Made by a program: the position numbers and the translations under genes. Under the pieces are notes generated by a model. That model had not been told where the DNA came from. It was given only the letters and a program-made list of their open reading frames with translations, and searched no databases. Shown piece after piece: positions 31,201 through 39,117 of a stretch of DNA of 64,000 nucleotides. The DNA comes from Bacteroidota bacterium (GTDB taxonomy: Bacteria; Bacteroidota; Bacteroidia; Bacteroidales; ML635J-15), in the NCBI GenBank assembly GCA_029564465.1, contig JAKQPY010000225.1:28936-92935 (forward strand), in the 5' to 3' direction. Within the stretch, counting starts at the first letter, position 1, and every line of letters begins with the position of its first letter.

Positions 31201-31641
31201 TGTAAAATACCCGGTGCCTGTAACATGTAACTTATACGAAGGGGATGTGGTTCCAATCCCCACATTGGTTCCATTATCAAAAATCTGAGAGTTCCCCAAA
31301 GAATTTGCCCCAGTAAACTTGGAAACATAATTCTGTGTCCCCGTAACATCAAGCCCGGTGCTGATCTTGGTCCACACGGTTCCATTAAAAAAATAGAATC
31401 CTGGTTGGTTATCAGTCTGATAAATTAATAAACCATTGGCCGGAGCAACCAGATTCCCCCGTTGAACAAAGCTCAGCCGGGGTATCAACATCCCCCCCGA
31501 CGTTGATTGTACATCGAGCATGGCGGAAGCATCGGCCGGATTACCACTTGTGTTGATGGCTACACCCTGCGAAAAAGCTGTTGTGGAAAAGATTCCCGTT
31601 ACAACCAGCGATATGAAGAGAATTCGGTAGAAGTTTCTCAT
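28255..31641 (-). CDS. Tail-fibre-like secreted protein, paralog C (about 1128 aa from the ATG at 31641)
   Basis: Signal peptide ending in SQG. Its N-terminal 111 aa after the signal peptide are identical to paralog B at 100 of 111 positions by hand alignment. It contains G/Y octapeptide repeats, 26-aa repeats and NVGIGT collars. No T9SS CTD. Confidence 0.8.
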   Translation of the reverse strand: MRNFYRILFISLVVTGIFSTTAFSQGVAINTSGNPADASAMLDVQSTSGGMLIPRLSFVQRGNLVAPANGLLIYQTDNQPGFYFFNGTVWTKISTGLDVTGTQNYVSKFTGANSLGNSQIFDNGTNVGIGTTSPSYKLHVTGTGYFTNGTTAAVIADAGNNRGLYGSGTYGVYGSGNYGLYGSGGAYGVYGDGGSYGVYGTGGIYGVYGVSAGGWAGYFNGLFYISGNTGIGVSSPTAQLHTTGTVRFANYTNGFLRVDANGNLGVSAASSLFTAGNGLSWAGSTLNSVWSVNGNNIYNNNTANVGIGTSSPSFPLHVNGAAAVSILYDQSNTSFFIDPASTSVTNDMRANIFYDLGNTSYYIDPASTSITNDFRANIFYDAANTGFYLQPRSVSILNDVRASIFYDRDNTGYYLDPASTSNIATLYTTGTNRFSALAGTGTRIVVADATGVLSTNTAAGFGLISGTGTTNYVAKWTGTNTQGISQIFDNGTNVGIGTASPSATLHIINPSATAGALETVLGRAIGDVNFWIVNKKGVTTNNSGDITSKFGLAYSGTTDNAFIRFHRGGSTTGGFISISTNNDTERLRIDASGNVGIGKTNPAQKLDILGISRFNDPSYVDTRYLEIWAGTAQFIRGTNDLYIQPAGGMILQPGYPTSGAGNIQIKDGGAYLYGTFTGSNRTLDMSGNAGGLRISANNWSDGGATYGHIISDNGSYKALMIVGNNIAGNSGRGREIKVWDYLNVQGGFNVTGQFYSVGNTTMVSNLNADLLDGQHGSYYAVASGSGNYIQNQYTSAQSANLWISGTANAATYTFTAPTGDPAPVITARTVPSGQGAANEKTELILFHANDPVNGAGVDQITLRAPALSFQTYNNAGVGDINNVSGYNERMYINPDGNVGVGTTIPAYKLHVGSGNGDGIMIGNHNDRLGWDGSGAQPELAIRFAGYRDVVSNFTGAKISAIRTNICCSALSQGTELAFYTQETTATGSGDSNLSEKMRIGSGGNIGIGTTSPQEKLDVAGNINVNQNAFCITLTSDAAIEAGSIVMPSSATDLRVVKAGSASENVIGIAVNTTTAAGQPIRIAVAGITEVVVNSAVTRGNFARVSSTSGQAYDSGSNGGSGDFGVFLS
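30355..30666 (-). repeat. Four tandem 78-bp (26-aa) coding repeats in paralog C
   Basis: The units are ILYDQSNTSFFIDPASTSVTNDMRAN, IFYDLGNTSYYIDPASTSITNDFRAN, IFYDAANTGFYLQPRSVSILNDVRAS and IFYDRDNTGYYLDPASTSNIATLYTT. Confidence 0.8.
31012..31155 (-). repeat. Gly/Tyr-rich 8-aa (24-bp) tandem repeats, about six copies, in paralog C
   Basis: GLYGSGTYGVYGSGNYGLYGSGGAYGVYGDGGSYGVYGTGGIYGVYG. Confidence 0.75.
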
Positions 31642-31663
31642 GAGCAAAATTTTAGTTAACTAC

Positions 31664-31671
31664 CAAAGTTA
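31664..31671 (-). promoter_or_regulatory. Candidate -7 box (TAACTTTG on the minus strand) upstream of paralog C
   Basis: The plus strand reads CAAAGTTA, ~23 nt upstream of the ATG at 31641. Confidence 0.3.
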
Positions 31672-31863
31672 ATACATTAAATCTCTGAATAAACTGTAAT
31701 AAGGCTTAAATATACAAATGAAAAACGCATTTAATAGTAAAACCTGATTGCATATCATTGATTAATTGTAATTTTTAAATGAATTGACCTTTTAATTTGT
31801 GGGTTTTAACCGGATGTTTATTTTAAAACCATTGTAAAATCAGGCATTACCCTATAACAAATA

Positions 31864-31895
31864 CAAAAAACAGAGTTAATGTTTGCTGTTTTTTG
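31864..31895. repeat. Perfect 10-bp inverted repeat (CAAAAAACAG, 12-nt loop, CTGTTTTTTG) in the 660-bp intergenic region
   Basis: Read directly from the sequence. The stem is AT-rich. No gene end is adjacent, so the function is unknown. Confidence 0.5.
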
Positions 31896-32230
31896 AGGAG
31901 CACATTTTTAAAATCTTAGCAGTAAGCCAATTTATGACTGATTCAACAATGTAATATTATAAATACAAAGTGCGTATATTAGAGAATTTGACATTTAGAA
32001 ATGAGTCCTGCAAATTGGATGCCGATTAGCGAAGCAATTTTCGCAACATTTTGCTGCACTGATAGCAATTTTGATGCTCTGGTTAATGCTTTCTAAAGCA
32101 ACAATAACATGTTTTACACCCAATTACTCAACACTTTTTCAGCAATATCCTTTCATTATACCAGAAGTTTACTCAACTTCATCGCCCGAATTTATTTTGG
32201 AATAGTATTTTTAGAAGCAATGGAAATGTT

Positions 32231-32238
32231 TAGTTTTG
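32231..32238 (+). promoter_or_regulatory. Candidate -7 box (TAGTTTTG) upstream of the glycan island
   Basis: Matches TAnnTTTG, 72 nt upstream of the TTG start at 32310. Confidence 0.25.
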
Positions 32239-32309
32239 TTGGTTATTTGGCTTACTTATCTGCAAAACATTTGTAGCTGGGGAGTCGAAGTTTTAAAAAT
32301 TATTTTGAT

Positions 32310-33791
32310 TTGACAGAATCTCTTAAACAAAAGGCAATTGCCGGAACTAAATGGAAAACCTCATTAAATATTGGCAGGTATTTAATGAGTTTTGCACTTT
32401 CAATTATTTTAGCCCGATTACTTGAAGTTAGAGAGTTCGGTCTGATTGGAATGGTTGCTATTCTTTCGGTCATTGCGCAAATATTTATTGACTCAGGTTT
32501 ATCACAAGCGGTAATACGACAAAAAGAAATAGGAGAAAAAGACTACGACACCGTATTTTATTTCAATATTGCCATCAGTGGTTTATTTTACATCTTATTC
32601 TTTTTTACAGCCCCCCTGGTTGCACAATTTTACAATGAACCAATTCTGATACCAGTTACAAGATGGATTACTTTGGTTTTTTTAATCAACTCTTTTGGTA
32701 CTATACAAAATTCGATATTGGTTAGAGAGATTAAATTTAAACAACAGGCATTATGTAATTTTGCCGGACTGGGTGTGTCGGTAATTATAGCTGCAATTAT
32801 GGCTTTAAAAGGTTTTGGGGTATATAGCATTGTAGCCCAAGCATTATCGCAGGCACTGATAACCAATTCTCTTTTTTGGATAACTTCCGATTGGAGACCA
32901 AAACACCGTTTTAGCACCGAAAGCTTTAAAAAGTTATGGGCTTTTGCTTCCAATATTTTAGCAACCAACATTGTGGTAAGAATCATCGAGAATATTGACA
33001 AAGTGCTAATTGCCAAAGTTTTTTCAGCTACTCAACTGGGTTATTATGTTAAAGCAAGGAGTTCAACCGATGCCAATCAGATAATATTTACCGAAACATT
33101 AAACGCCACATCTTTTGCTGTAATGGTAAAAGGGAATCGCAGCAAAGAAGAACTAAAACGGTATCACATGTTATTTTTTACTGTGGGTACCTATGTGTTT
33201 GTTCCCATTGTATTTGGTTTTATGGCAATTGCTGAAGCTTTTATTGTTGTTCTTTATTCAGCCAAATGGTTACCATCGGTTCCGATTGCTCAAATAATAG
33301 CTCTAATAGGGATCTCATATTTTTTAGACGCCTTGTTTTTGCAAACGGTAATGGTTGAAGGCAAAGGACGATTGTACTTCTGGCTTAAGTCCGGAAAAAA
33401 ATTGCTGACACTTTTGTCAATACCTGTTGGTGTTTTCATGGGTTTCTACCCTTTTATATGGAGCTTGGTTGTAATTAATTTTGTTGGACTAATCCTGAAT
33501 TTTATTTTTGTGGGCAAAATGCTAAATATTCCATGGTATATGTACCTCAAGTTTTTATTTAAACCGTTTTTATTGGGTGGAATCATGGGGGGGCTGGTGT
33601 ATTTAATTTCATTATTGCCCATGGCTCATTATTCCATCACATTAGTCCTGCAACTTTTCGCGGGATTTGTGATTTATATTACACTATCTAAAATATTTAA
33701 AATTAAAGAGTATTTTTATGTTAAAGATATTGTGATTGAACAAACGACAAAAATTAAGTTTATTCAGAGAATAATTAGGAAAATTTTATAA
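32310..33791 (+). CDS. wzx: Wzx-type oligosaccharide flippase (MOP / polysaccharide biosynthesis protein family)
   Basis: A multi-TM protein of ~490 aa. The N-terminus SLKQKAIAGTKWKTSL..FALSIILARLL is typical of this family. The start is apparently TTG, since no ATG precedes TM1. Confidence 0.8.
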   Translation: MTESLKQKAIAGTKWKTSLNIGRYLMSFALSIILARLLEVREFGLIGMVAILSVIAQIFIDSGLSQAVIRQKEIGEKDYDTVFYFNIAISGLFYILFFFTAPLVAQFYNEPILIPVTRWITLVFLINSFGTIQNSILVREIKFKQQALCNFAGLGVSVIIAAIMALKGFGVYSIVAQALSQALITNSLFWITSDWRPKHRFSTESFKKLWAFASNILATNIVVRIIENIDKVLIAKVFSATQLGYYVKARSSTDANQIIFTETLNATSFAVMVKGNRSKEELKRYHMLFFTVGTYVFVPIVFGFMAIAEAFIVVLYSAKWLPSVPIAQIIALIGISYFLDALFLQTVMVEGKGRLYFWLKSGKKLLTLLSIPVGVFMGFYPFIWSLVVINFVGLILNFIFVGKMLNIPWYMYLKFLFKPFLLGGIMGGLVYLISLLPMAHYSITLVLQLFAGFVIYITLSKIFKIKEYFYVKDIVIEQTTKIKFIQRIIRKIL

Positions 33792-33800
33792 GATAAAAAA

Positions 33801-34211
33801 ATGCTTTTTAATAGTATAGATTTTGCCATATTCTTGCCAATAGTTTTTGTTTTATATTGGTTTGTTACCACCAAAAGCCTGAAGCTGCAAAATATACTAA
33901 TCGTTGTTGCCAGTTATGTTTTTTACGGCTGGTGGGATTGGCGGTTTTTATCGTTGTTGCTCTTTAGTACGTTGGTTGATTATGTTATTGGCAGGCTACA
34001 AATCAGAGAACAAAATGAAGAGTACTTTTTAAATGAGAATGCTTTCCAACAACTTGTAAAACAAAGATATTCAGGTGTTGTATTTCTTGATTTTAGCAAT
34101 TTTTATTTACCGGACTCTTGTTACAAAGACTATCGGCATCTTAATTATTATGGGTCTTTGGTTTTTTCAAAAAAGTTTAATAACTTTATATCTGATAGTT
34201 TAATTAATTAG
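33801..34211 (+). pseudogene. Remnant of an MBOAT (AlgI/DltB-like) O-acyltransferase, fused in frame to what looks like the tail of an SGNH/AlgX-like partner
   Basis: The first ~66 aa (MLFNSIDFAIFLPIVFVLYW...ASYVFYGWWDWRFLSLLLFSTLVDYVIG) match an MBOAT N-terminus, but the ORF is only 136 aa where ~470 aa is expected. The C-terminal KDYRHLNYYGSLVFSKKF resembles an SGNH block V (DxxH). Confidence 0.6.
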
Positions 34212-34218
34212 CGTTATT

Positions 34219-35292
34219 ATGATTCCTGTAACAAAATCTTTTATACCCCCAATCGAAGAATATGCTGCTATTGTTAAAAGAGCATTCGAAAATGGCTGGT
34301 TAACAAATCGGGGTGAGCTAATAATTGAACTAGAGCACAAAATTAAAGAGTATTTACAAACTGATAATATTCTTATTACAAACAATGGAACCATTGCGTT
34401 GCAAATAGCAATAAAGCTATTAGGGAGTGGGGGGGAAATTATTACTACACCCTTTAGTTATATTGCCACTACATCTGCCATAATATGGGAAAACTGTACC
34501 CCAGTTTTTGTGGATATCCACCCCGATTATTTAACAATCGACGAAACAAAAATTGAGGAAGCAATTACTCCGAAAACCACCTGTATTTTAGCAACTCATG
34601 TTTACGGGAACCCATGCAATGTGGAAGTTATTGAGAAAATTGCACAGAAACATGGTTTGTATGTTATTTACGATGCCGCTCACTGTTTTGGGGTGAAATA
34701 CAAAAATGTGAGTGTTTTTAATTTTGGTGATATAAGCATAAGCAGTTTTCATGCAACCAAGTTGTTTCATACAGGCGAAGGCGGCGCAATATTTTGCAAT
34801 ATTAAAGAACTCGGGCATAAAATCTATTATAGTCATAATTTCGGGCATAATGGCCCCTTAGAATTCCACGGATTAGGTATAAATGCAAAGAACTCTGAAT
34901 TAAATGCTGCCATGGGTTTGGCGGTTTTGCCATATATTAATGATATAATCAATGAAAGAAAACGGGTTTGCACCAATTATGATACGCATTTGGATTTGAG
35001 TAAGGTAAAAAAACTGAAGCTTAGAGAAAACACCGAGTGGAATTATATATATTATCCAATTATTTTTGACTCGGAGGAGCTGCTGCTACAGGCTGAAAAA
35101 TTACTGAAAAAGAATGACATTTTTCCCAGAAGGTATTTCTATCCATCTTTGAATACAATAGAATTTACTAAGGGTAAAATAATGAAAATTTCCGAAAGGA
35201 TTTCTTGTAGAGTTCTGTGTTTACCACTGTATTATGATATGGCGTTTAAAGATCAACTAGTTATTTGTAATTTAATTAATACAGTATGTTAG
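34219..35292 (+). CDS. DegT/DnrJ/EryC1/StrS-family PLP-dependent sugar aminotransferase
   Basis: NGTIALQIA and DAAHCFG are present, and SFHATK carries the Schiff-base lysine. Confidence 0.9.
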   Translation: MIPVTKSFIPPIEEYAAIVKRAFENGWLTNRGELIIELEHKIKEYLQTDNILITNNGTIALQIAIKLLGSGGEIITTPFSYIATTSAIIWENCTPVFVDIHPDYLTIDETKIEEAITPKTTCILATHVYGNPCNVEVIEKIAQKHGLYVIYDAAHCFGVKYKNVSVFNFGDISISSFHATKLFHTGEGGAIFCNIKELGHKIYYSHNFGHNGPLEFHGLGINAKNSELNAAMGLAVLPYINDIINERKRVCTNYDTHLDLSKVKKLKLRENTEWNYIYYPIIFDSEELLLQAEKLLKKNDIFPRRYFYPSLNTIEFTKGKIMKISERISCRVLCLPLYYDMAFKDQLVICNLINTVC

Positions 35293-35915
35293 TAATTGGT
35301 GCAAAAGGCTTTGCTACAGAGTTATTGGATGTGATTATTGATAATGGGATGCAGAATAATCTATGTTTTTATGATGATATAAACAAAAACAAAGAAGGCT
35401 ATGTTTTTAATAAATACCCAATAATTAACAGCGAAGAGAAAGCTACTGAATACTTTAAAAACACAGACACGCAATTTTGCTTAGGTATTGGAAACCCTCA
35501 AATAAGGAATGCACTATCAGAAAAATTCATAAAAATGGGGGGCGAATTAACCTCCGTTATTAGTCTATATGCTAAAATAAGTAATAATGGCTCTGTAATT
35601 GGACAGGGAGCAACAGTACTTCATTATTGTACCATTGCATCAAATGTACAAATTGGTAAAGCCCCCTTAATATATCACAATGTGCAAATTACGCACGATT
35701 GTATAATTGGAGATTATGCAGAATTGTCTCCAGGAGCTATAATCTTAGGAAGAGTAAAAGTCGGGAATAATGTGCATATTGGGGCAAATGCTACCATATT
35801 GCCAAACATTGAAATAGGGAATTATTGCATAATTGGTGCCGGAGCAGTTGTAACCAAAAATGTTCCTGATAATTCTGTGGTTGCAGGAGTTCCCGCAGTA
35901 CCCTTGAGCCGATGA
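35286..35915 (+). CDS. NeuD/PglD-family sugar N-acyltransferase (left-handed beta-helix)
   Basis: The N-terminal MLVIGAKGFATELLDVI is Rossmann-like, and C-terminal hexapeptide repeats follow (IGDYAELSPGAIILGRVKVGNNVHIGANATILPNIEIGNYCIIGAGAVV). It overlaps both the upstream and downstream genes. Confidence 0.8.
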   Translation: MLVIGAKGFATELLDVIIDNGMQNNLCFYDDINKNKEGYVFNKYPIINSEEKATEYFKNTDTQFCLGIGNPQIRNALSEKFIKMGGELTSVISLYAKISNNGSVIGQGATVLHYCTIASNVQIGKAPLIYHNVQITHDCIIGDYAELSPGAIILGRVKVGNNVHIGANATILPNIEIGNYCIIGAGAVVTKNVPDNSVVAGVPAVPLSR

Positions 35916-37162
35916 GTAATATGAGAAAAATAGTAATGATAGGTAAGCAATACGACACCTTATTTCTGGAGTTAGCTAAAGAATATCGTTTTGCTGCCGA
36001 CAAAATCTTATTGGTGTCAAGATATAGAGGCACTATGTCCGACTATTCTGATGAACATATATCATATGTTCCAACAATTGAACATGAGGGGATATTATTT
36101 AGAATTAACATGAGTATTCTTATTAGAATTCTTAAAATATTTCTTTTCCCTTATCGTTTAATAAAGAATAATAAAAAGGTTTATGGCATAATAGACCCCA
36201 TAATACAAGCACTTAGTGTGTCAAAATATGTTAACAAACTTAATGATGTTTATTTTGTTTCAGCCCATAGTATTTTTACTTATGGATTATCAAGTATTCT
36301 GTGCAAGAAACATATCCGAGTTTTACGCCCTTGGGGTGGAGATGTGTATCAAACGCCCTTTAATTCAGGATTGCATTATAAATTAATAAAGTATGTTTTA
36401 AAAAAAGCTGATATTGTTGATGCTTCTACTCCCACATTGTACGATTATTTAAAATTGGAATTTGATCTAAAGAATAACCTCGTTTTAAATGAAGCTCGTA
36501 GTTACATGGGGCAAGCAGAAGTAATATCAGTAAAAAATAAGTACTCAAAAGAAACGGTTCGCGAAGAACTTAATTTGCCAAAAGATAAAATAATTATTGC
36601 TAATTGCAGAAGATTCAAAGAAAAATGGGGATCCGAAGAAGTATTTAAGGCTTTCAATATTTTGGCAGAAAAACACGATAATTTACATTTCATCTTGTTA
36701 AGTGGAACAAACTCCGAAGAAAAAATCTCTATGAAAAAAGAAATACTGAAGCAAAATAATTTAATATCAAGATTTACTATTTACGAAAACAATGTAGATT
36801 TAGAAATGTATGCAAAAATTATTTATAGCTCAGACATCTTTTTCTCACTAATGCATAATGCCGACTTAAGATCTGCTAGTATTTTAACTGGAATGCATTG
36901 CGAAAGTCTGCCCATTATTAGTGATATGCCCGAGTACAGAGAAATGATCCGTAGCGGCGCAAGTATTCAGTTAGTGCCTTTTAATGATATGGAAGAAATT
37001 GTTAAAGGATGCGAACGATATTTGGAAGATAATACACTTAAAAAACAAACATTAGCTGCAAATAGTAATTATATTTTAGGGATAATTACAGGGAAAGAAC
37101 CATTTGCAGATTTGATAAAAAGAGTAGATGAATTGAAAATTCAATGTTCTCACAATATATAG
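35912..37162 (+). CDS. Glycosyltransferase, GT4-like (GT-B fold)
   Basis: A protein of ~416 aa. The C-terminal half has the pattern IIANCRRFKEKWGSEEVFKAF...HFILLSG and ...CESLPIISDMPEYREMI. Motif-level call only. Confidence 0.65.
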   Translation: MSNMRKIVMIGKQYDTLFLELAKEYRFAADKILLVSRYRGTMSDYSDEHISYVPTIEHEGILFRINMSILIRILKIFLFPYRLIKNNKKVYGIIDPIIQALSVSKYVNKLNDVYFVSAHSIFTYGLSSILCKKHIRVLRPWGGDVYQTPFNSGLHYKLIKYVLKKADIVDASTPTLYDYLKLEFDLKNNLVLNEARSYMGQAEVISVKNKYSKETVREELNLPKDKIIIANCRRFKEKWGSEEVFKAFNILAEKHDNLHFILLSGTNSEEKISMKKEILKQNNLISRFTIYENNVDLEMYAKIIYSSDIFFSLMHNADLRSASILTGMHCESLPIISDMPEYREMIRSGASIQLVPFNDMEEIVKGCERYLEDNTLKKQTLAANSNYILGIITGKEPFADLIKRVDELKIQCSHNI

Positions 37163-37187
37163 AAAACCATTTAACAGTTTGCTATAG

Positions 37188-38174
37188 ATGAATAATATTT
37201 TGAAAAGAGGTTTAAATAAATCGGAACGCTTGTTAATAGATTCCCTATTCAGAATCAAATGTGAAAATTTACTTGTCAAAAATAAAAAAGGAGCTAAAAT
37301 ATTGTGTTATCATGGGTTGGATTTAATCGAAAACAAACGATTAAATATGCGGTTCTATTCTGTAGAAAGCTTAGAAAAGCATTTTTACTATTTTAGAAAA
37401 TATTTTAATCCCATTTCTGTAGGCGATTTTTTTAATAATAAATTCGATAGTTCAAGGTTTAATATTGCAATAACTTTCGATGATGGGTATAAAAATAATT
37501 TTAAATATTTAATTCCTCTGGCCGAAAAATATAAGATTCCTGTTTCAATTTATATTACTGGAATAAACAATAGTGATTATGATTTTCTGTGGTCAGATTT
37601 TGCGGATATTGTTTCACTATATAGTAGTAAAAATCAAATTTCAATAGCAGGAAAAGAATTTTTCAAAAAAAGAAACAAATACCTTGATGAAAATGGGATG
37701 AGCATAAAAGGCTTTATAAAACTAAAAGGTGATTTCGAAACAAAAAAGGAATTTATTAATTGTTTTCCTGATTTTAAAGAAATGTGTAACAAATATTCTC
37801 TTGACGATTATTGGCAATTAATGTCGGACGAAGAGATAAAAAATGCTTCAAAGTCAGAATTTATAACCATCGGATCTCATGCTTTTTTTCACAACAACCT
37901 TGATAATATTCCAATTAACGATGCTGTTAATGAAATGCGTTCCTCAAAAAACTATTTAGAGGGTTTGATTCAGAAGTCTGTTGAGGAAATAGCTTATCCC
38001 GATGGAGCATATTCACGAGATATTATTTCAGAAGCTGAACAGATCGGTTTTGTGCGTCAACTGGCGGTCGCATATAAGCATCACGAGGATATTAATGACA
38101 ACAGAATTCAAGATAGATTCGGAATGTATCCGGTTTATTCCAATAATTGTCAAATTTTTCAAATAGTAAAATAA
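37188..38174 (+). CDS. Polysaccharide deacetylase (CE4 / NodB-like)
   Basis: AITFDDGYKNN is the NodB motif 1. ITIGSHAFFH and AYPDG follow. Confidence 0.75.
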   Translation: MNNILKRGLNKSERLLIDSLFRIKCENLLVKNKKGAKILCYHGLDLIENKRLNMRFYSVESLEKHFYYFRKYFNPISVGDFFNNKFDSSRFNIAITFDDGYKNNFKYLIPLAEKYKIPVSIYITGINNSDYDFLWSDFADIVSLYSSKNQISIAGKEFFKKRNKYLDENGMSIKGFIKLKGDFETKKEFINCFPDFKEMCNKYSLDDYWQLMSDEEIKNASKSEFITIGSHAFFHNNLDNIPINDAVNEMRSSKNYLEGLIQKSVEEIAYPDGAYSRDIISEAEQIGFVRQLAVAYKHHEDINDNRIQDRFGMYPVYSNNCQIFQIVK

Positions 38175-38175
38175 T

Positions 38176-39105
38176 ATGAATTATACATTCAAAATAGTGG
38201 GCAAAGAAATTGTACCTGAGTTTACTTTGGTTTTTAATAAAAATAAACAAAAAAAAATTAACCCCGGTTATTTTTTAAAAAAATTTTCTTCTCCCACTGA
38301 ATTGGAATATGTTGGTTCGGTAGCTTACGATGAGTACGGCAAATTGGTATCCCATATTTGCACAATTCCGATAAAACTTTATTATAAAGGAAATATTATT
38401 AACGCGGGCTTTGCTGCTGATAATCTTACAGATATTAATCACAGGCGGAATGGGCTGTTCAGAAAAACGACGGAGTTAATGATTGACCATTTAAGAAATG
38501 AAGGAATTATGAAGCTATTGTTTTCATTACCAAACCCGCCTAACTTTATTGGGTTTGTTGAACATCTCAACTATACACATGTTGATGATTTTCTCAGCTT
38601 TGATTTGAATACAAAATGTATTTTACCAATTGTGAAATTATTTAATAAATTTAAATTGTTTAAAGTAAGACATCTGTATTTTAAGTTTATTATATTTTTG
38701 CTTGGTGTAAAAAAGAAAGGGTACATGAGCAACTCATTAATTGATGACGGTCAGGCGTCTTTTGTTCATGACGAAGTGTTTTTTAGATACAAAAAATATG
38801 ATAATAAGTATCTTATAAAAATTCGAGAAAACACAATTTGGTTTAAAATCGAGGATGGTATGGTAATTGGAGATTTTAATTACAAGGATGACAAAGACTT
38901 TACTATTGCCCTTAAGAAGTTTTGTTACATGTCCGGAATTCATAAAGTTTTGTTTAGAGTGTGTTCCGAAACAAAACAATATAGGTTTTTAAATTCATTC
39001 TTGAATGTAACCTCGAAATCGCCAATTTGTATGATAAATATTTCTAATGAAGACATTGATTTAAGTAAAATAAAACTTGTTTTTGCAGATAGCAATACAT
39101 TTTAA
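38176..39105 (+). CDS. GNAT-like acyltransferase
   Basis: DINHRRNGLFRKTTELMIDHLRNEG resembles the GNAT acyl-CoA-binding motif A. Immediately downstream of the deacetylase, 1 nt after its stop codon. Confidence 0.5.
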   Translation: MNYTFKIVGKEIVPEFTLVFNKNKQKKINPGYFLKKFSSPTELEYVGSVAYDEYGKLVSHICTIPIKLYYKGNIINAGFAADNLTDINHRRNGLFRKTTELMIDHLRNEGIMKLLFSLPNPPNFIGFVEHLNYTHVDDFLSFDLNTKCILPIVKLFNKFKLFKVRHLYFKFIIFLLGVKKKGYMSNSLIDDGQASFVHDEVFFRYKKYDNKYLIKIRENTIWFKIEDGMVIGDFNYKDDKDFTIALKKFCYMSGIHKVLFRVCSETKQYRFLNSFLNVTSKSPICMINISNEDIDLSKIKLVFADSNTF

Positions 39106-39117
39106 AACACTTATTAA

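Noticed and set aside
20000-31600. Repetitive DNA checked as a possible CRISPR array
   Set aside because: The repeats are in-frame coding repeats of 24, 78 and 849 bp within long ORFs. There is no short direct repeat plus unique spacer structure and there are no cas genes.
19965-31647. Possibility that the fibre cluster is a prophage or tailocin remnant
   Set aside because: Only fibre-like proteins are present. There are no capsid, portal, terminase, sheath, tube, baseplate, lysis or integrase genes, and no att-like repeats were seen. All three proteins carry Sec signal peptides, which phage fibres normally lack.
32109-32276. 55-codon ORF in frame with wzx, considered as a possible disrupted N-terminal extension that would make wzx a pseudogene
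   Set aside because: The Wzx family N-terminus (SLKQKAI.GTKW...LARLL) starts right after the TTG at 32310, so the protein is complete without the upstream ORF. The frame coincidence is noted but not sufficient.
31648-32309. Invertible-promoter (phase-variation shufflon) hypothesis for the spacer upstream of the glycan island
   Set aside because: I found only short AT-rich hairpins of 8-10 bp with closely spaced arms. I found no longer inverted repeats flanking a promoter-sized segment and no nearby recombinase gene. The hypothesis cannot be supported from sequence alone.
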